64,000 bases of DNA from an uncultured delta proteobacterium. Its GTDB lineage: Bacteria; Myxococcota_A; Polyangia; Fen-1088. The DNA is taken from contig CAVTRY010000011.1 of the NCBI GenBank assembly GCA_963737265.1, positions 800,001 to 864,000 on the forward strand, written 5' to 3'. The position numbers were made by a program, and so were the translations under genes. Shown piece by piece: positions 22,626-33,033 of the stretch. The notes under the pieces were generated by a model, which saw nothing but the letters and a program-made list of their open reading frames with translations, did no database searches and was not told the origin of the DNA. How positions within the stretch are numbered: the first letter of the stretch is position 1; each line of letters begins with the position of its first letter.

Positions 22626-24536
22626 ATGCGCACCACCGGATTGTGCATGCTGCTTCTGCTCGGATGTGCGCCGAGCTATGCCAACGCGCAGAAGCAGCAA
22701 AGCCCGATTCCTCCGCCGAGCGAAGGCGCAAGCGTCGATGCTGGCGACGATCTGGGCGGCGACGCCGACTTTCGACAAGCCGCCAGTCATGCGTTCGCCG
22801 CCGACACGCGGACCGCACGAAGCGCGATCGAATCCTTCCTCGCGCACCACCCCAACCACCACGAGCGCCCGGCCGCCATCGCGCTGCTGGCGCGGGAGCT
22901 GCTGGCGCTCGGCGATGCGGCCTCGGCCAAGGCCTTGCTCGACCGGGATGCCTCGCGGCCAGCCACGCCGGACCAAGTTTTTCTGGCCGGACTCTGTGAC
23001 AGCCGCCTAGGCAACCATGGGCGCGCCATCGAATTTCTACGAGGGTTTGCCCTCGCGGGTCCTCCCATGATCGGTGGCCAGCCAGACCCCGAAGCGAATT
23101 TCTATCTGCGCGGGGCCTTGGCCGAATCGCTGGCGGCGACCGGCGATCCGGCGGGTGCGATCGATCAGTTCGACGTCTACCGACAGCAGCCAGCGATTGG
23201 CGACCACGAACGGATCTTTGCCGGACGGCGAAGCGAGGACTTCGCCGGCCAGATGACCGAGCCAGCGGCTTTGCAAGCGCTGTCGGTTCATCGCAGCAGC
23301 CTTACCCGAGCCCTCCTCGGCGCCAAGGCCGTCGCGTTGCTGCGCGCCCGCGGCGACGAGGTAGGCGCGGCCAAGCTGGAGCAGGACACCCTCGCCGTTC
23401 GCCGGCAGCTAGGGCTGGAAACCATCCTGCCCTGGGCAGGGCCTGGCGATCCCTTTCGCTTTGGGCTCGTGGTTCCGCTGTCGGGGCCGCAAACCCGCCT
23501 CGGCGAGGTGGTTCTGCGCGGCGCCATGCTCGCCATCACGGCCGACACGCACACGACCGAACGGGCGCCGTACCAGCTGGTGTTGCGCGATTCCGCGGCG
23601 ACCGCGGATCGCTCGGCCCACGGCGGCGGCCCTAGCGCCGGTGTGCTTTCCCTGATCCGAGAAGAATCCGCGATCGGCGCCGTCAGTTCCCCCGACGCAC
23701 GCAGCGTGGACTTGGCCACACGCGACGGGATCGGCCTGCTCGTCCTCGACGAGCGCGCACCCGGCCCGGGCACGACCGCGTTTCAACTCATTCACTCCGC
23801 CGAAGCGCGCGCGGTGGCCTTGGCCCGCAAGGCGCTCACGCTTGGCGCGCGCCGATTCGCCATCCTCGGCCCGGACACTTCGTCGGGAAAGCGCTTGGCC
23901 GCCGCCTTCAAGAACGCCGTGGAAAGCGGTGGAGGAACCGTCACCGGCCAAATCACCTACGCTGCCGCTGCCACGAGCTTCTCCGCGAACGTCGCCAATC
24001 TGCGCAAGCTGGCCTTCGAGGCTCTCTTCGTCCCCGATGAGGCCAACCGCCTCGAACTGCTCGCGCCGGCGCTGGCGACAGTGAACATCTGGCCGCACTC
24101 ACCACGCACCAACATCGCCCCGGCGCACGAAGCGGCATCGTCTGGCACTGGTCGGCGGGAAACCCTGCTGCTATCCACCGCGCTTAGCCTCTCGCCCAAG
24201 CTCCTGCACAATGCCGAGCGCTACGTTCAAGGCGCCCTGCTCTGCCCCGGTTTCTATCCGGCCGACGACGACCGCAGCGGAAGTTTCGTAGCGCGGTTCA
24301 GGGAGACCTACGGCACGTCCCCCAGCGCGGCCGATGCCTATGGCTACGACGGCATCTTCCTTTTGCGAGGCGCGGTCGAACGCGGCGCAAGGACCCGAGC
24401 CGATGTCCTGCGCGTTCTGGCGTCGGAAACCTTCGAAGGAATCACAGGCGACATTCGCTTCGGGCCCGATCACGGCCGCATCGACCCACCGCTGGTTTAT
24501 GTTGTTGACGGCGACACCATCCGATCGCTCAAGTAG
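22626..24536 (+). CDS. LpoA-like / type I periplasmic binding protein with TPR-like N-terminus
   Basis: LLLGC lipobox-like, helical N-terminus, GLVVPLSG...LGEVVLRG, FEALFVPD, AYGYDG, FEGITGDIRF. Confidence 0.75.
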   Translation: MRTTGLCMLLLLGCAPSYANAQKQQSPIPPPSEGASVDAGDDLGGDADFRQAASHAFAADTRTARSAIESFLAHHPNHHERPAAIALLARELLALGDAASAKALLDRDASRPATPDQVFLAGLCDSRLGNHGRAIEFLRGFALAGPPMIGGQPDPEANFYLRGALAESLAATGDPAGAIDQFDVYRQQPAIGDHERIFAGRRSEDFAGQMTEPAALQALSVHRSSLTRALLGAKAVALLRARGDEVGAAKLEQDTLAVRRQLGLETILPWAGPGDPFRFGLVVPLSGPQTRLGEVVLRGAMLAITADTHTTERAPYQLVLRDSAATADRSAHGGGPSAGVLSLIREESAIGAVSSPDARSVDLATRDGIGLLVLDERAPGPGTTAFQLIHSAEARAVALARKALTLGARRFAILGPDTSSGKRLAAAFKNAVESGGGTVTGQITYAAAATSFSANVANLRKLAFEALFVPDEANRLELLAPALATVNIWPHSPRTNIAPAHEAASSGTGRRETLLLSTALSLSPKLLHNAERYVQGALLCPGFYPADDDRSGSFVARFRETYGTSPSAADAYGYDGIFLLRGAVERGARTRADVLRVLASETFEGITGDIRFGPDHGRIDPPLVYVVDGDTIRSLK

Positions 24537-24560
24537 CGTAGGTGGGAAGCGAGAAGATCC

Positions 24561-25574
24561 GTGGCAAGCACGACAGACGTTCTCGGTGACATCGTTCGGG
24601 GCGAGATCGCTCCGATTTACTGCCTGCATGGTAACGAGCGGTATCTCGTGGATCGCTGCCTGGCGGCCTTGCGCAAAGCCATCCTCGGCAGCACAGACTC
24701 GTCCACGAGTGGCTTCGACCACGACATCTTCGACCTGAAGGAGACGCCCGTGGCCGAGGCGATCGGCGCCGTCCGCACGCTGCCGATGTTCAGCAAGCGC
24801 CGCTTGGTCGTCGCTCAAGGTATCGACCAGGTGAAGGCCGAAGAGCTCGATCCCCTCATCAAATATGTGGCCGATCCCAACCCCAAGGGCTGCCTGGTCC
24901 TGGTGGGCGAAAAGGTCGATGGTCGCTTGCGGGCATTCGCGGCCTTGCGCAAGGCCGGCTTCCTGCACGAGTTTGCGCGGCTCAAGGATCGCGAGCTTGC
25001 AGCGTGGATCGCCGGCGAGGCCAAGCAGCGAGGCTTCGACATCGAGCCCGGCGCGGTGCAGGCCCTGGCCGAAGCCACCGGCCCCGATCTGGGACGAATC
25101 GCGCAGGCTCTCGAACAGGTTTCCCTGTTCGCCGGAGGGCGCATTAAGCGCGAGCACGTGGAGGAGATGATCCCGGAATCGCGCGAGCGCAACGTCTTCG
25201 AGCTGACCAAGGCCATCGGCGCCGGCGACGTTCGGCTTGCCCTGCGCTTGGTGGCGAGCATGCTCGCCAACCGCGAACCGCCCCTGAAGATTCAGTTCAT
25301 GCTGCTGCGCCAGTTGCGACAGATCTGGCGCGCCAAAGAGTTGGCCGCAGCCTCGGTGTCGCGCGGCGAGATTGCAGCGGCGGTGGGGATAGCGCCGTAC
25401 TTTCTCGACGATATCCTCACGCCAGCGCGCCGCATGAGCGCGGCAACGCTACGGCGCGGCTTCTTGCGCCTTTATCAAGCAGATCGCAGCCTCAAGTCCT
25501 CGCGCATCGATCCCGACGTGCAAATGCTGCGCCTTGTGCGCCAACTGGCGGAAGACGCTTCGCCGGGGCGTTGA
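24561..25574 (+). CDS. holA: DNA polymerase III delta subunit
   Basis: PIYCLHGNERYL, TLPMFSKRRLVV, NVFELTKAI, ADRSLKSS; convergent with rpsT. Confidence 0.93.
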   Translation: MASTTDVLGDIVRGEIAPIYCLHGNERYLVDRCLAALRKAILGSTDSSTSGFDHDIFDLKETPVAEAIGAVRTLPMFSKRRLVVAQGIDQVKAEELDPLIKYVADPNPKGCLVLVGEKVDGRLRAFAALRKAGFLHEFARLKDRELAAWIAGEAKQRGFDIEPGAVQALAEATGPDLGRIAQALEQVSLFAGGRIKREHVEEMIPESRERNVFELTKAIGAGDVRLALRLVASMLANREPPLKIQFMLLRQLRQIWRAKELAAASVSRGEIAAAVGIAPYFLDDILTPARRMSAATLRRGFLRLYQADRSLKSSRIDPDVQMLRLVRQLAEDASPGR

Positions 25575-25596
25575 GCGTCGGCCCGACCGACACGCG

Positions 25597-25863
25597 CTAC
25601 TTGGCGGAAGAATTAGCGGCGACGGTCAGCCGCGAAACCGTGCGCGATGCCGTGCGCGGCTTGATCACGCCTCGCCCGCCAAGACGGGTGATGAGCCTCG
25701 TTGCATCCTTGAGCAGCGCCTGCGTCTGCTTGGGATCCTTGGCCGCGATCGCTGCCCGCAGCTTCTTCACGGCGGTGCGCATCGCCGACTTCTGGCCAGC
25801 GTTGCGCGCCTCGTGTGTGATGCGCTGCCTGTTCTTCTTCTCCGAAGATTGTATGTTCGCCAT
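25597..25863 (-). CDS. rpsT: 30S ribosomal protein S20
   Basis: MANIQSSEKKNRQ...KSAMRTAVKK...RGVIKPRTASRTVSRL. Confidence 0.97.
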   Translation of the reverse strand: MANIQSSEKKNRQRITHEARNAGQKSAMRTAVKKLRAAIAAKDPKQTQALLKDATRLITRLGGRGVIKPRTASRTVSRLTVAANSSAK

Positions 25864-25877
25864 TGGGAAGGGTCGGA

Positions 25878-25906
25878 ATCTTGCTGGTGCCGGCCGCGCC
25901 TGTCAA
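25878..25906 (-). promoter_or_regulatory. Sigma70 promoter of rpsT
   Basis: TTGACA-17 nt-CAAGAT ending 14 nt before the ATG. Confidence 0.6.
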
Positions 25907-25928
25907 GGACTGGAAGGCGCGGGAACGA

Positions 25929-25999
25929 CTATTTGTCTTCTACTTGTCCTTTTACTTGTCCTCTTACTTGTCCTCCAACTTATCCTTCCACTTGTCCTC
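25929..25999 (-). repeat. 12-bp tandem repeat (about 6 units) spanning the stop codon of 25964-26911
   Basis: Minus strand GAGGACAAGTGG AAGGATAAGTTG GAGGACAAGTAA GAGGACAAGTAA AAGGACAAGTAG AAGACAAATAG. Confidence 0.85.
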
Positions 26000-26911
26000 G
26001 CCCTTGGTCTCGCCGGTTGGCGAGGGGACCTTGACGTTCTGCTGACCGCTTCGTCGCTCGCCCGGTTTGAGCACTTCCTTACCGGTAATGCGATCGACCA
26101 CGTTGTCGTTCTCGTCGCGGTCGCTCGGCTTGTCGGAAAGAATCCCGTCCACGAACGAGCCCTTGGGCTGGCCCGCCTCGAAGTTCTTGCGAACCTCGGC
26201 CTGCCGTTGCGCCACGGCGTTGTCGTAGATGACAAGGCAGTAGACGTCGTAGAACTTGGAGCGGTCGACGAGGCGCAAGCCGTCGCCCTCGGACGACCGC
26301 CACAGGTAGCTGTCGAGCACCTTCTGCTTGCCCCCACCCGGCATCAGCATATCGCGGTAGACGGGCTGGGCCTTGCCATAGCTCTGCTGCATGAGGCCGC
26401 CGAACGCTTCGAAGCTCTTGCCCGCGACGACGTCCTTGTCGAACGCAACGAACATCTTGTAGAGCGCGTCACCCGAGAAGAAGAAGTAGCGGGTCGATTT
26501 GGGCTCTTTGTAAACGAGCATGGACTCGCCGTTGTTGCGCAGGAATTCCTCATCGATAATCGACACGTCCCAGCCGCTCTTGGGCCCCTCGAACTTGACC
26601 CGGCTCTTGGCTATCCGATCTTCCTCGGTCTTGATCTCCTGGCGAACCTGGTCCGATTTCGCCGGATCGTTGCGCGTCTTCTCGACCTTGTCTTTGAAGC
26701 CCGCCTCGATCTTGGCGTTGAGCTTCTCCATGACTTGGGTCGGGGTCATCCCCCACTTGAATTCGCTCTTGAATTCGCTGATGGCTTTGGCTGAGGCGAT
26801 GGGCGCCGTCTTCTCGCCCTTAATCTTCTTGGCACCCTTGGCCTGCGCAGCCATTGGCGCGGTGGACAGAACCAAAAGCACTGCCAGGAAGGAACGTGCG
26901 AATCTTCTCAT
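25964..26911 (-). CDS. Secreted hypothetical protein (Lys-rich)
   Basis: Signal peptide MRRFARSFLAVLLVLSTAPMAAQA, RBS AGGAG, strong GC3 codon bias. Confidence 0.85.
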   Translation of the reverse strand: MRRFARSFLAVLLVLSTAPMAAQAKGAKKIKGEKTAPIASAKAISEFKSEFKWGMTPTQVMEKLNAKIEAGFKDKVEKTRNDPAKSDQVRQEIKTEEDRIAKSRVKFEGPKSGWDVSIIDEEFLRNNGESMLVYKEPKSTRYFFFSGDALYKMFVAFDKDVVAGKSFEAFGGLMQQSYGKAQPVYRDMLMPGGGKQKVLDSYLWRSSEGDGLRLVDRSKFYDVYCLVIYDNAVAQRQAEVRKNFEAGQPKGSFVDGILSDKPSDRDENDNVVDRITGKEVLKPGERRSGQQNVKVPSPTGETKGEDKWKDKLEDK

Positions 26912-26976
26912 CTGCGATTCTCCTTGGGTCGTGGGGCCGGCAAACACTAACACCGCAAGCCGAGGATCCACAACGC

Positions 26977-27792
26977 TCAATCGCTGAAGGGGTCCGCCGC
27001 TGCCTTCACCTCCTGGGCCGGCCGCTTGGCAGCGATCCGGTCGCCGGCCTTCGCGGCTGGCTTCACCCCCTCGTCCGCAAGCCCCGCCTGCGCCATGTCG
27101 TCTTGGCCTTCGGCTCGGCCCTCGGCGTCGTTGTCCACCGGTCGTCGCCGGTCAGCACGGCCCGCCTGCAGATCCGCGCGCGCATTCTCCGAATAGGACG
27201 CGGCTTGTCCCGGTCCCGAGTAGTCGATCCAAAACGCCGACGGGCCTCCGTTCTTGCGCACATCGAGATGCACGAAAACCGAGTTGGGATAGTAGCCCAC
27301 GCCGACGTGATCGTAGGCCTTGCGCAAATAGTCGCGTAGGGCAGCGTTGGGAATTCCTGCGAGACGAAAATCGCACGCCAAGCCCTGCTTGTGCGGACTG
27401 CGTGGGTTGCGGGCGACCTTGGGATGGCGATAGCCCGACACCACCTCGAAGCGATGCCCTTCGTAGTGACGCGCGGTCTGATAAAGCAAGTGCGCCAGCC
27501 GCGGATCCATCTTGTGCGTGGCCCCGGTTTGATGGCAGCGCATGAAGTGTTCGAACCGCTTCTGCCAACCCTTGATGGGCCGGCCGCGGTCGTCCTGAAA
27601 GCGCAGGTGCAGGGTTTCCTTGGTATTGATCTGGTAAAGCTCGACCGGCGCGTAACGCGAGAGCTTCTTGGCCGGCTTGCTGGATCCCTTGGTCTTCGCT
27701 TTGCCGCCGGGCGCGCTCGCGGGCGCCGCCGCCGCGTGGGCAACGCCGGGGATCAGAATGAGAAGGATGGCAAAAACAGCGCGCCGGATCAA
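26977..27792 (-). CDS. YcbK/DUF882 peptidase M15-type murein endopeptidase
   Basis: MDPRLAHLL, VVSGYRHP, SPHKQGLACDF, GVGYYPNSVFVHLDVR. Confidence 0.9.
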   Translation of the reverse strand: MIRRAVFAILLILIPGVAHAAAAPASAPGGKAKTKGSSKPAKKLSRYAPVELYQINTKETLHLRFQDDRGRPIKGWQKRFEHFMRCHQTGATHKMDPRLAHLLYQTARHYEGHRFEVVSGYRHPKVARNPRSPHKQGLACDFRLAGIPNAALRDYLRKAYDHVGVGYYPNSVFVHLDVRKNGGPSAFWIDYSGPGQAASYSENARADLQAGRADRRRPVDNDAEGRAEGQDDMAQAGLADEGVKPAAKAGDRIAAKRPAQEVKAAADPFSD

Positions 27793-27814
27793 AGCGTCCC
27801 CATCATGGCCAAGG

Positions 27815-30505
27815 TCACCTGGCCGGCGTCAACTTTTTTCGCAGCTCCGCCACCAGATCCCACGCCGCCCGCGGCGAAAGCCCATCCAAGTCCGCCGCGC
27901 GTAGGGCGGCCAGAGCTTCTAGCTCGCACGGATCCATCTCGGCGGACGGCGCCGCCGGGTGCGGTCCCGGCAGATCAAACAGAGAAAGCTGGGGCGCGCG
28001 TTCCAGTTCTGGGCGCGCTGGCTTGGGACCGCCTGCTCGGCTTCGCGCCGAACCAGCACCGTCCTCGAGATGCTCGAGGATCGTGCGCGCACGAGCCACG
28101 ACCGGCTCGGGCAAGCCGGCCAGGCGTGCGACCTCGATACCGAAGGAACGACTCGTCCCGCCGGGGGTCAGCTTGCGCAGAAACACCACCTCGCCTTTCC
28201 ATTCGCGTGCCGCCACGCTGACATTGCGCACGCGTGGATGGGTTTCCACGAGCGCGCACAGCTCGTGGTAATGGGTGGCAAACAAGGCGCGCGCGAACAC
28301 GCGATCATGCAGGTACTCGGCAACGGCCCAGGCGATAGAGACGCCATCGTAGGTCGATGTGCCGCGGCCGATCTCGTCGAGGATGATGAGACTGCGCCGG
28401 GTCGCGTGGCGCAAGATGTGCGACGTCTCGCGCATTTCGAGCAAAAACGTCGACTCGCCGCGCGCCAGGTTATCGCCAGCGCCGACACGCGTGAACACCC
28501 GGTCGCACAGCCCGATGCGCGCGGCCCGGGCGGCCACGAAGCCCCCCATCTGCGCCATGATGGTGGCCAGGGCGACTTGGCGGATGAGGGTCGACTTGCC
28601 AGCCATGTTGGGACCGGTGATGAGCAGCATCTGTTCGTTTTCGGTGTCGAGCCGAACATCGTTGGGCACGAAGCCACCGGTGGCCGCCAAGCGCTCGACG
28701 ACGGGATGGCGACCGTCGGTCAGTTCGAGGATCTCGGAATCGTCCACCACGGGCCGGCAGTAGTTGCTGCGATGGGCTTGCTCGGCGAGCGCGGACAGGA
28801 CGTCCGCCGCGGCCACGCGCCCCGCCAGGGCCAGCAAGCGCTGAGACTCGGCGCCGACCTCGTCGCGCAGGCGGCTGAAGATCGACAATTCCAGGCTCAC
28901 CCGCCGGTCGTCGGCAGTGAGAATCTTCGCTTCGTAGTCGGCCAGCTCGGGCGTGACGAAGCGTTCGGCGTTGGCCACGGTCTGCTTGCGCGTGTAGTCC
29001 GCAGGGACGTTGGCCAGGTGCGAGCGCGTGATTTCGATGAAGTAGCCAAACACGGCGTTGTACTTCACCTTCAGCGACGGGATTCCGGTTCGCTCGCGCT
29101 CGCGCGTCTCGATAGCCAGTATGCCTTCGCGACCGCCAGTCGCGATAGCGACCAGATCGTCGAGCTCGGCCGAGATGCCCGGTCGGATGTAGCCGCCGTC
29201 CTTGGTGAAGGCCGGGGCGTCGTCGCTCAAAGTGGCGCGAATTCTCTCGCCGATGTCGGCGGCAAGGTCCGCACCTAGGTCAAGCAGATCCCCTGGCGCG
29301 CGGTCCGTTGCCGCGACAGCGGGCAGCTCGTCAGTCGCTTGCAAAAGCGTCGCGCGCAGCTCGGGCAGACGTGCCAACGATTTGCCGAGCACCACGAGGT
29401 CTCTCGGCGTGGCCACGCCCAGGCGGGCGCGCGTGGTCAAACGTTCGAGGTCGCCGAGCTCGCCGAGAATCTTGCGCGCGGCCTCACGCAGAGACTGTCG
29501 CGCCACCAGACCTTCGACCGCGTCTTGGCGGCGCCGGATTTGGGCGATGTCGACCAGGGGGAAAAGCAGCCACTTGCGCATCAGCCGGCCGCCCATGGCG
29601 GTGACCGTGACATCGAGCAGATCGAGGAGCGATCCCTGCCGCCGCCGGTCGATCATGGTTTCGACAAGCTCGAGGTGGGCACGTGCCTGCTCGTCGATGA
29701 TGAGGAAGTCGTCGCGCCGGAACAGCTCCAGGCGCGAAAGCGGCAAGGGCGCGGCCAGCTGCGTGGCGCGCACGTAGCGCACCACCCGCGCCGCCGCCGT
29801 CGCTACCAGCGGCAAACTCTGCAGAGGCTGCGGATCGAAGCCGGAGCCAAGGACCTCGGACAAAATCTCCAGCGGCCGGTTTTCATCGGCCGCGACAATC
29901 GCAGTCTGCGCTAGGTGACCGTAGACCCGCCGGATGATAGCCGCCAGATCGGCGTCGTCCCGCGCAAGCAATATCTCGCGCGGCTCCACACGCGCCAGCT
30001 CGTCGAGCAAGCCTTCGGTCGTGGCGCACGAAGTGGCGCGAAAATCGCCCGTCGTCACGTCGGCGAATGCCAAGCCGAAGCCATCGCGCGCCTCGCCCGC
30101 CACCGCAGCGAGGTAGTTCGGAGCGCGCGGCTCGAGCGACTCCTCGTCGAGGATCACGCCCGGGGTGATTACGCGCACCACCCCGCGCTTGACCATGCCC
30201 TTGGTGAGCTTGGGATCCTCCAGCTGCTCGCACACGGCGACTCTGTGTCCAAGCTCGGTCAGGCGCGCGATGTAGCCACGCGCCGAGTGGTGCGGCACCC
30301 CGCACATGGGCACAGGATCTTCCTTGCCCTTGTCCCGCGTCGTGAGCGTCAGAGAGAGAGCGCGCGCCACGTAGACCGCGTCCTCGTAGAACATCTCGTA
30401 GAAGTCCCCTAGCCGGAAGAACAATATGGCATCGGGATACCTCGCTTTGATGTCGAGGTATTGGCGCATGAGCGCCGTGGTGCCGCTGTCTTTGGGGCCG
30501 CCCAC
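27815..30505 (-). CDS. mutS: DNA mismatch repair protein MutS
   Basis: FRLGDFYEMF, GPNMAGKST, DEIGRGTST, FATHYHEL, SFGIEVARLAGLP. Confidence 0.98.
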   Translation of the reverse strand: MGGPKDSGTTALMRQYLDIKARYPDAILFFRLGDFYEMFYEDAVYVARALSLTLTTRDKGKEDPVPMCGVPHHSARGYIARLTELGHRVAVCEQLEDPKLTKGMVKRGVVRVITPGVILDEESLEPRAPNYLAAVAGEARDGFGLAFADVTTGDFRATSCATTEGLLDELARVEPREILLARDDADLAAIIRRVYGHLAQTAIVAADENRPLEILSEVLGSGFDPQPLQSLPLVATAAARVVRYVRATQLAAPLPLSRLELFRRDDFLIIDEQARAHLELVETMIDRRRQGSLLDLLDVTVTAMGGRLMRKWLLFPLVDIAQIRRRQDAVEGLVARQSLREAARKILGELGDLERLTTRARLGVATPRDLVVLGKSLARLPELRATLLQATDELPAVAATDRAPGDLLDLGADLAADIGERIRATLSDDAPAFTKDGGYIRPGISAELDDLVAIATGGREGILAIETRERERTGIPSLKVKYNAVFGYFIEITRSHLANVPADYTRKQTVANAERFVTPELADYEAKILTADDRRVSLELSIFSRLRDEVGAESQRLLALAGRVAAADVLSALAEQAHRSNYCRPVVDDSEILELTDGRHPVVERLAATGGFVPNDVRLDTENEQMLLITGPNMAGKSTLIRQVALATIMAQMGGFVAARAARIGLCDRVFTRVGAGDNLARGESTFLLEMRETSHILRHATRRSLIILDEIGRGTSTYDGVSIAWAVAEYLHDRVFARALFATHYHELCALVETHPRVRNVSVAAREWKGEVVFLRKLTPGGTSRSFGIEVARLAGLPEPVVARARTILEHLEDGAGSARSRAGGPKPARPELERAPQLSLFDLPGPHPAAPSAEMDPCELEALAALRAADLDGLSPRAAWDLVAELRKKLTPAR

Positions 30506-30543
30506 GTCGCGAGTGTCCCATGCGAGAAGGGACTTGCCCTGAC

Positions 30544-30711
30544 CTACTCCTTGGCCGGAGCAGCAGCCGGGCGCGGCTTCTTCGCGGCCTTGGTGCCAGG
30601 GCTACGGACGGCCTTCTTCTCGGTCTTCTGCCGCTTGATGCGGACCTTGAGCTTCTTCTGCGCCTTCTTACGGCGCATCTTCATCGATGTGCGGTTATCG
30701 TGTTTTCCCAT
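30544..30711 (-). CDS. Small very basic protein (55 aa)
   Basis: MGKHDNRTSMKMRRKKAQKKLKVRIKRQKTEKK...; high-expression codons (AAG); own promoter immediately upstream. Confidence 0.75.
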   Translation of the reverse strand: MGKHDNRTSMKMRRKKAQKKLKVRIKRQKTEKKAVRSPGTKAAKKPRPAAAPAKE

Positions 30712-30720
30712 GAAGTCGCC

Positions 30721-30749
30721 ACTATTCGGAAACTGGGGGGTTCTGTCAA
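30721..30749 (-). promoter_or_regulatory. Sigma70 promoter giving a near-leaderless transcript of the 55-aa basic protein
   Basis: TTGACA-17 nt-AATAGT; -10 ends 9 nt before the ATG; no SD. Confidence 0.6.
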
Positions 30750-30781
30750 GGAGCTTCGCCCTGCGGGAATCGGATCGGTGA

Positions 30782-32428
30782 TCAAGCCTTGCTGCGCCTT
30801 TGCTTGATTTCGTTGATGAGCCCGTTGGTCGAGGCGTCGTGCGAAGACACGGCACCGCTGGCGCGTAGCTCGGGCAGAATGGCATTGGCCAGTTTCTTGC
30901 CGAGCTCGACGCCCCACTGGTCGTAGGAATTCACGTTCCAGATGATTCCCTGCACGAAGATCTTGTGCTCGTAGAGCGCGATGAGCTTGCCCAGGGTGTG
31001 CGGGTCGAGCTTCTGATAGAGGAGCGAGTTGGTCGGGCGGTTGCCGGGAAATACCTTGTGCGGCAAGAGCGCCGCCAGCGCTTCGCCCGCGAGGCCGGCA
31101 GCTTCGAGCTCGGTGCGCGCCTCGGCCTCGGTCTTCCCCTGCATGAGCGCCTCGGTCTGGGCGAGGAAGTTGGCCAGCAGCAAAGTGTGGTGCTCGCCGA
31201 TGGGGTTGTGGGTCTCGACGGAGGCGAGAAAGTCGCCCGGCACGAGCTTCGTCCCCTGGTGCAGCAGTTGATAGAAGGCGTGCTGGCCGTTGGTGCCGGG
31301 CTCGCCCCAGATGACGGGACCGGTCTGGTAGTCCGCGACCTTCCCGTCGCGGGTCACCCGCTTGCCATTCGATTCCATGTCTCCCTGCTGAAAGTACGCC
31401 GGGAAGCGCGACAGGTACTGGTCGTAGGGCAGGATGGCGTGGGTCTCGGCGCCAAAGAAGTTGTTGTACCAGATGCCGAGAAGCGCCAGCGTGACCGGCA
31501 AGCTCTTGTCGATCGGCGCGGTTCGGAAATGCTCGTCCATCTCGTGCGCGCCTTCGAGCAGCGCCCGGAAGTTGTCGAAACCGATTCCGAGCGCGATGGA
31601 CAGGCCGATGGACGACCACAGCGAGTAGCGCCCGCCGACCCAGTCCCAGAACACGAACATGTTGTCCGTGGCGATGCCGAACTTGGCGACTTCCTTCGCG
31701 TTGGTGGAAAGAGCGACGAAGTGCTTGGCAATCTGCTTTTCATCCTTGGCGTGGCCGAGAAACCACGCCCGGGCGCTGTGCGCGTTGGCCATGGTTTCCT
31801 GGGTGGTGAAGGTCTTCGACGCCACCAGGAACAGCGTGGTCTCCGGATCCACGCGCTTGAGCGCCTCGGCAATATGGGAGCCGTCGACGTTGGACACGAA
31901 GTAAAGGGCGAGGTCGTCGCGCTGGTAGGGCCGCAGCGCCTCGGTCACCATGACCGGCCCGAGGTCGGAGCCACCGATGCCGATGTTGACAATGGCGCGG
32001 ATGGGCTTGCCGGTGTAGCCGGTCCACGCGCCGCCGCGCACGGACTCGCTGAAGACGCGCATGTGGTCGAGGGCGGCGTGAACGTCGGGCATGACGTCCT
32101 TGCCCGCGACGTAAATCGGCCGCGACGAGAAGTTGCGCAGGGCCGTGTGCAAGACCGCCCTGCCCTCGGTCAGGTTGATGGGCTCACCCGCGAACAGCTT
32201 GTCGCGCATGCCTTCCACGCCCGCCTCGCGCGCGAGCGAGCGCAAAAGAGCCATGGTCTCGCTGGTGATGCGATTCTTCGAGTAGTCGAGCAGCAGATCG
32301 CCGAGGCGCAACGAAAAGGTCGCGAAGCGCGCAGGATCGTTGGCGAAGAGGTCGCGCATGTGGAGAGGCGCGACGATCTTGTAGTGTTGCTCCAGCTTCT
32401 TCCAGGTGTCGGTGCCGACGATGCTCAT
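30782..32428 (-). CDS. pgi: Glucose-6-phosphate isomerase
   Basis: [43 protein letters not shown]. Confidence 0.98.
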   Translation of the reverse strand: MSIVGTDTWKKLEQHYKIVAPLHMRDLFANDPARFATFSLRLGDLLLDYSKNRITSETMALLRSLAREAGVEGMRDKLFAGEPINLTEGRAVLHTALRNFSSRPIYVAGKDVMPDVHAALDHMRVFSESVRGGAWTGYTGKPIRAIVNIGIGGSDLGPVMVTEALRPYQRDDLALYFVSNVDGSHIAEALKRVDPETTLFLVASKTFTTQETMANAHSARAWFLGHAKDEKQIAKHFVALSTNAKEVAKFGIATDNMFVFWDWVGGRYSLWSSIGLSIALGIGFDNFRALLEGAHEMDEHFRTAPIDKSLPVTLALLGIWYNNFFGAETHAILPYDQYLSRFPAYFQQGDMESNGKRVTRDGKVADYQTGPVIWGEPGTNGQHAFYQLLHQGTKLVPGDFLASVETHNPIGEHHTLLLANFLAQTEALMQGKTEAEARTELEAAGLAGEALAALLPHKVFPGNRPTNSLLYQKLDPHTLGKLIALYEHKIFVQGIIWNVNSYDQWGVELGKKLANAILPELRASGAVSSHDASTNGLINEIKQRRSKA

Positions 32429-32583
32429 AGTTGGCAATATTTAGCACACACAAGCGTCTTGGTGAGCGACGAGAAGGACCTCCGGGCAAGCGGCGCTCGG
32501 ACTGATGCAAGGATCCGATTCCTGCCGTTCAAACGGAAGCGCAGCAAGCGCAGCACTCCCCAGTTGCTCGCCGCCGAAAAGTC

Positions 32584-33033
32584 TTGCATCCTGAATCGGT
32601 GACTCTTGCTGGTCCTGAGCTCGCGAGCAAGCTGGCCGAAGCGTTGGCGGGTCGGGCGGAGATCTTGGAGGCGTACCTTTTCGGCTCGCAGGCGCGCGGG
32701 ACTGCGCAGGGGAACAGCGACGTGGACGTGGCGGTGTACGTAGATCCGGCGACCGACCTCAGCCGCGGCTTCGGTCTCGACGCGGAGATCGCGGCGGATC
32801 TGATGCACGCGCTCGGGCGCAACGACGTGGATGTCGTGTTGCTCAACCGCGCCGATCCGGTGCTGTACCATCGCGTGCTTCGCGATGGCGTCCGCCTGCT
32901 TGCGCGTGATGAAAAGGCCACCGCGGGCCGCGAAGGCTACGCGGTGTCGCGCTACTGCGACTTCGTGCCACATTTGGAAAGGATCCGCGTGGCCATGCAG
33001 GGCCGGGTGGATCGGGGGCAGTTCGGCCGATGA
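32584..33033 (+). CDS. Minimal nucleotidyltransferase (MNT/MntA antitoxin)
   Basis: YLFGSQARG...SDVDVAV (GSx10DxD), VDVVLLNRA. Start uncertain (32584 or GTG 32599). Confidence 0.9.
   Translation: MHPESVTLAGPELASKLAEALAGRAEILEAYLFGSQARGTAQGNSDVDVAVYVDPATDLSRGFGLDAEIAADLMHALGRNDVDVVLLNRADPVLYHRVLRDGVRLLARDEKATAGREGYAVSRYCDFVPHLERIRVAMQGRVDRGQFGR

Noticed and set aside
25929-25999. Possible CRISPR array
   Set aside because: Contiguous 12-bp units with no spacers; no cas genes in the window
32430-32590. Short repeats (AAGCGCAGC x2; GATGCAAG/CTTGCATC) between pgi and MNT as another element
   Set aside because: No clear TIR plus TSD pair; too short to support
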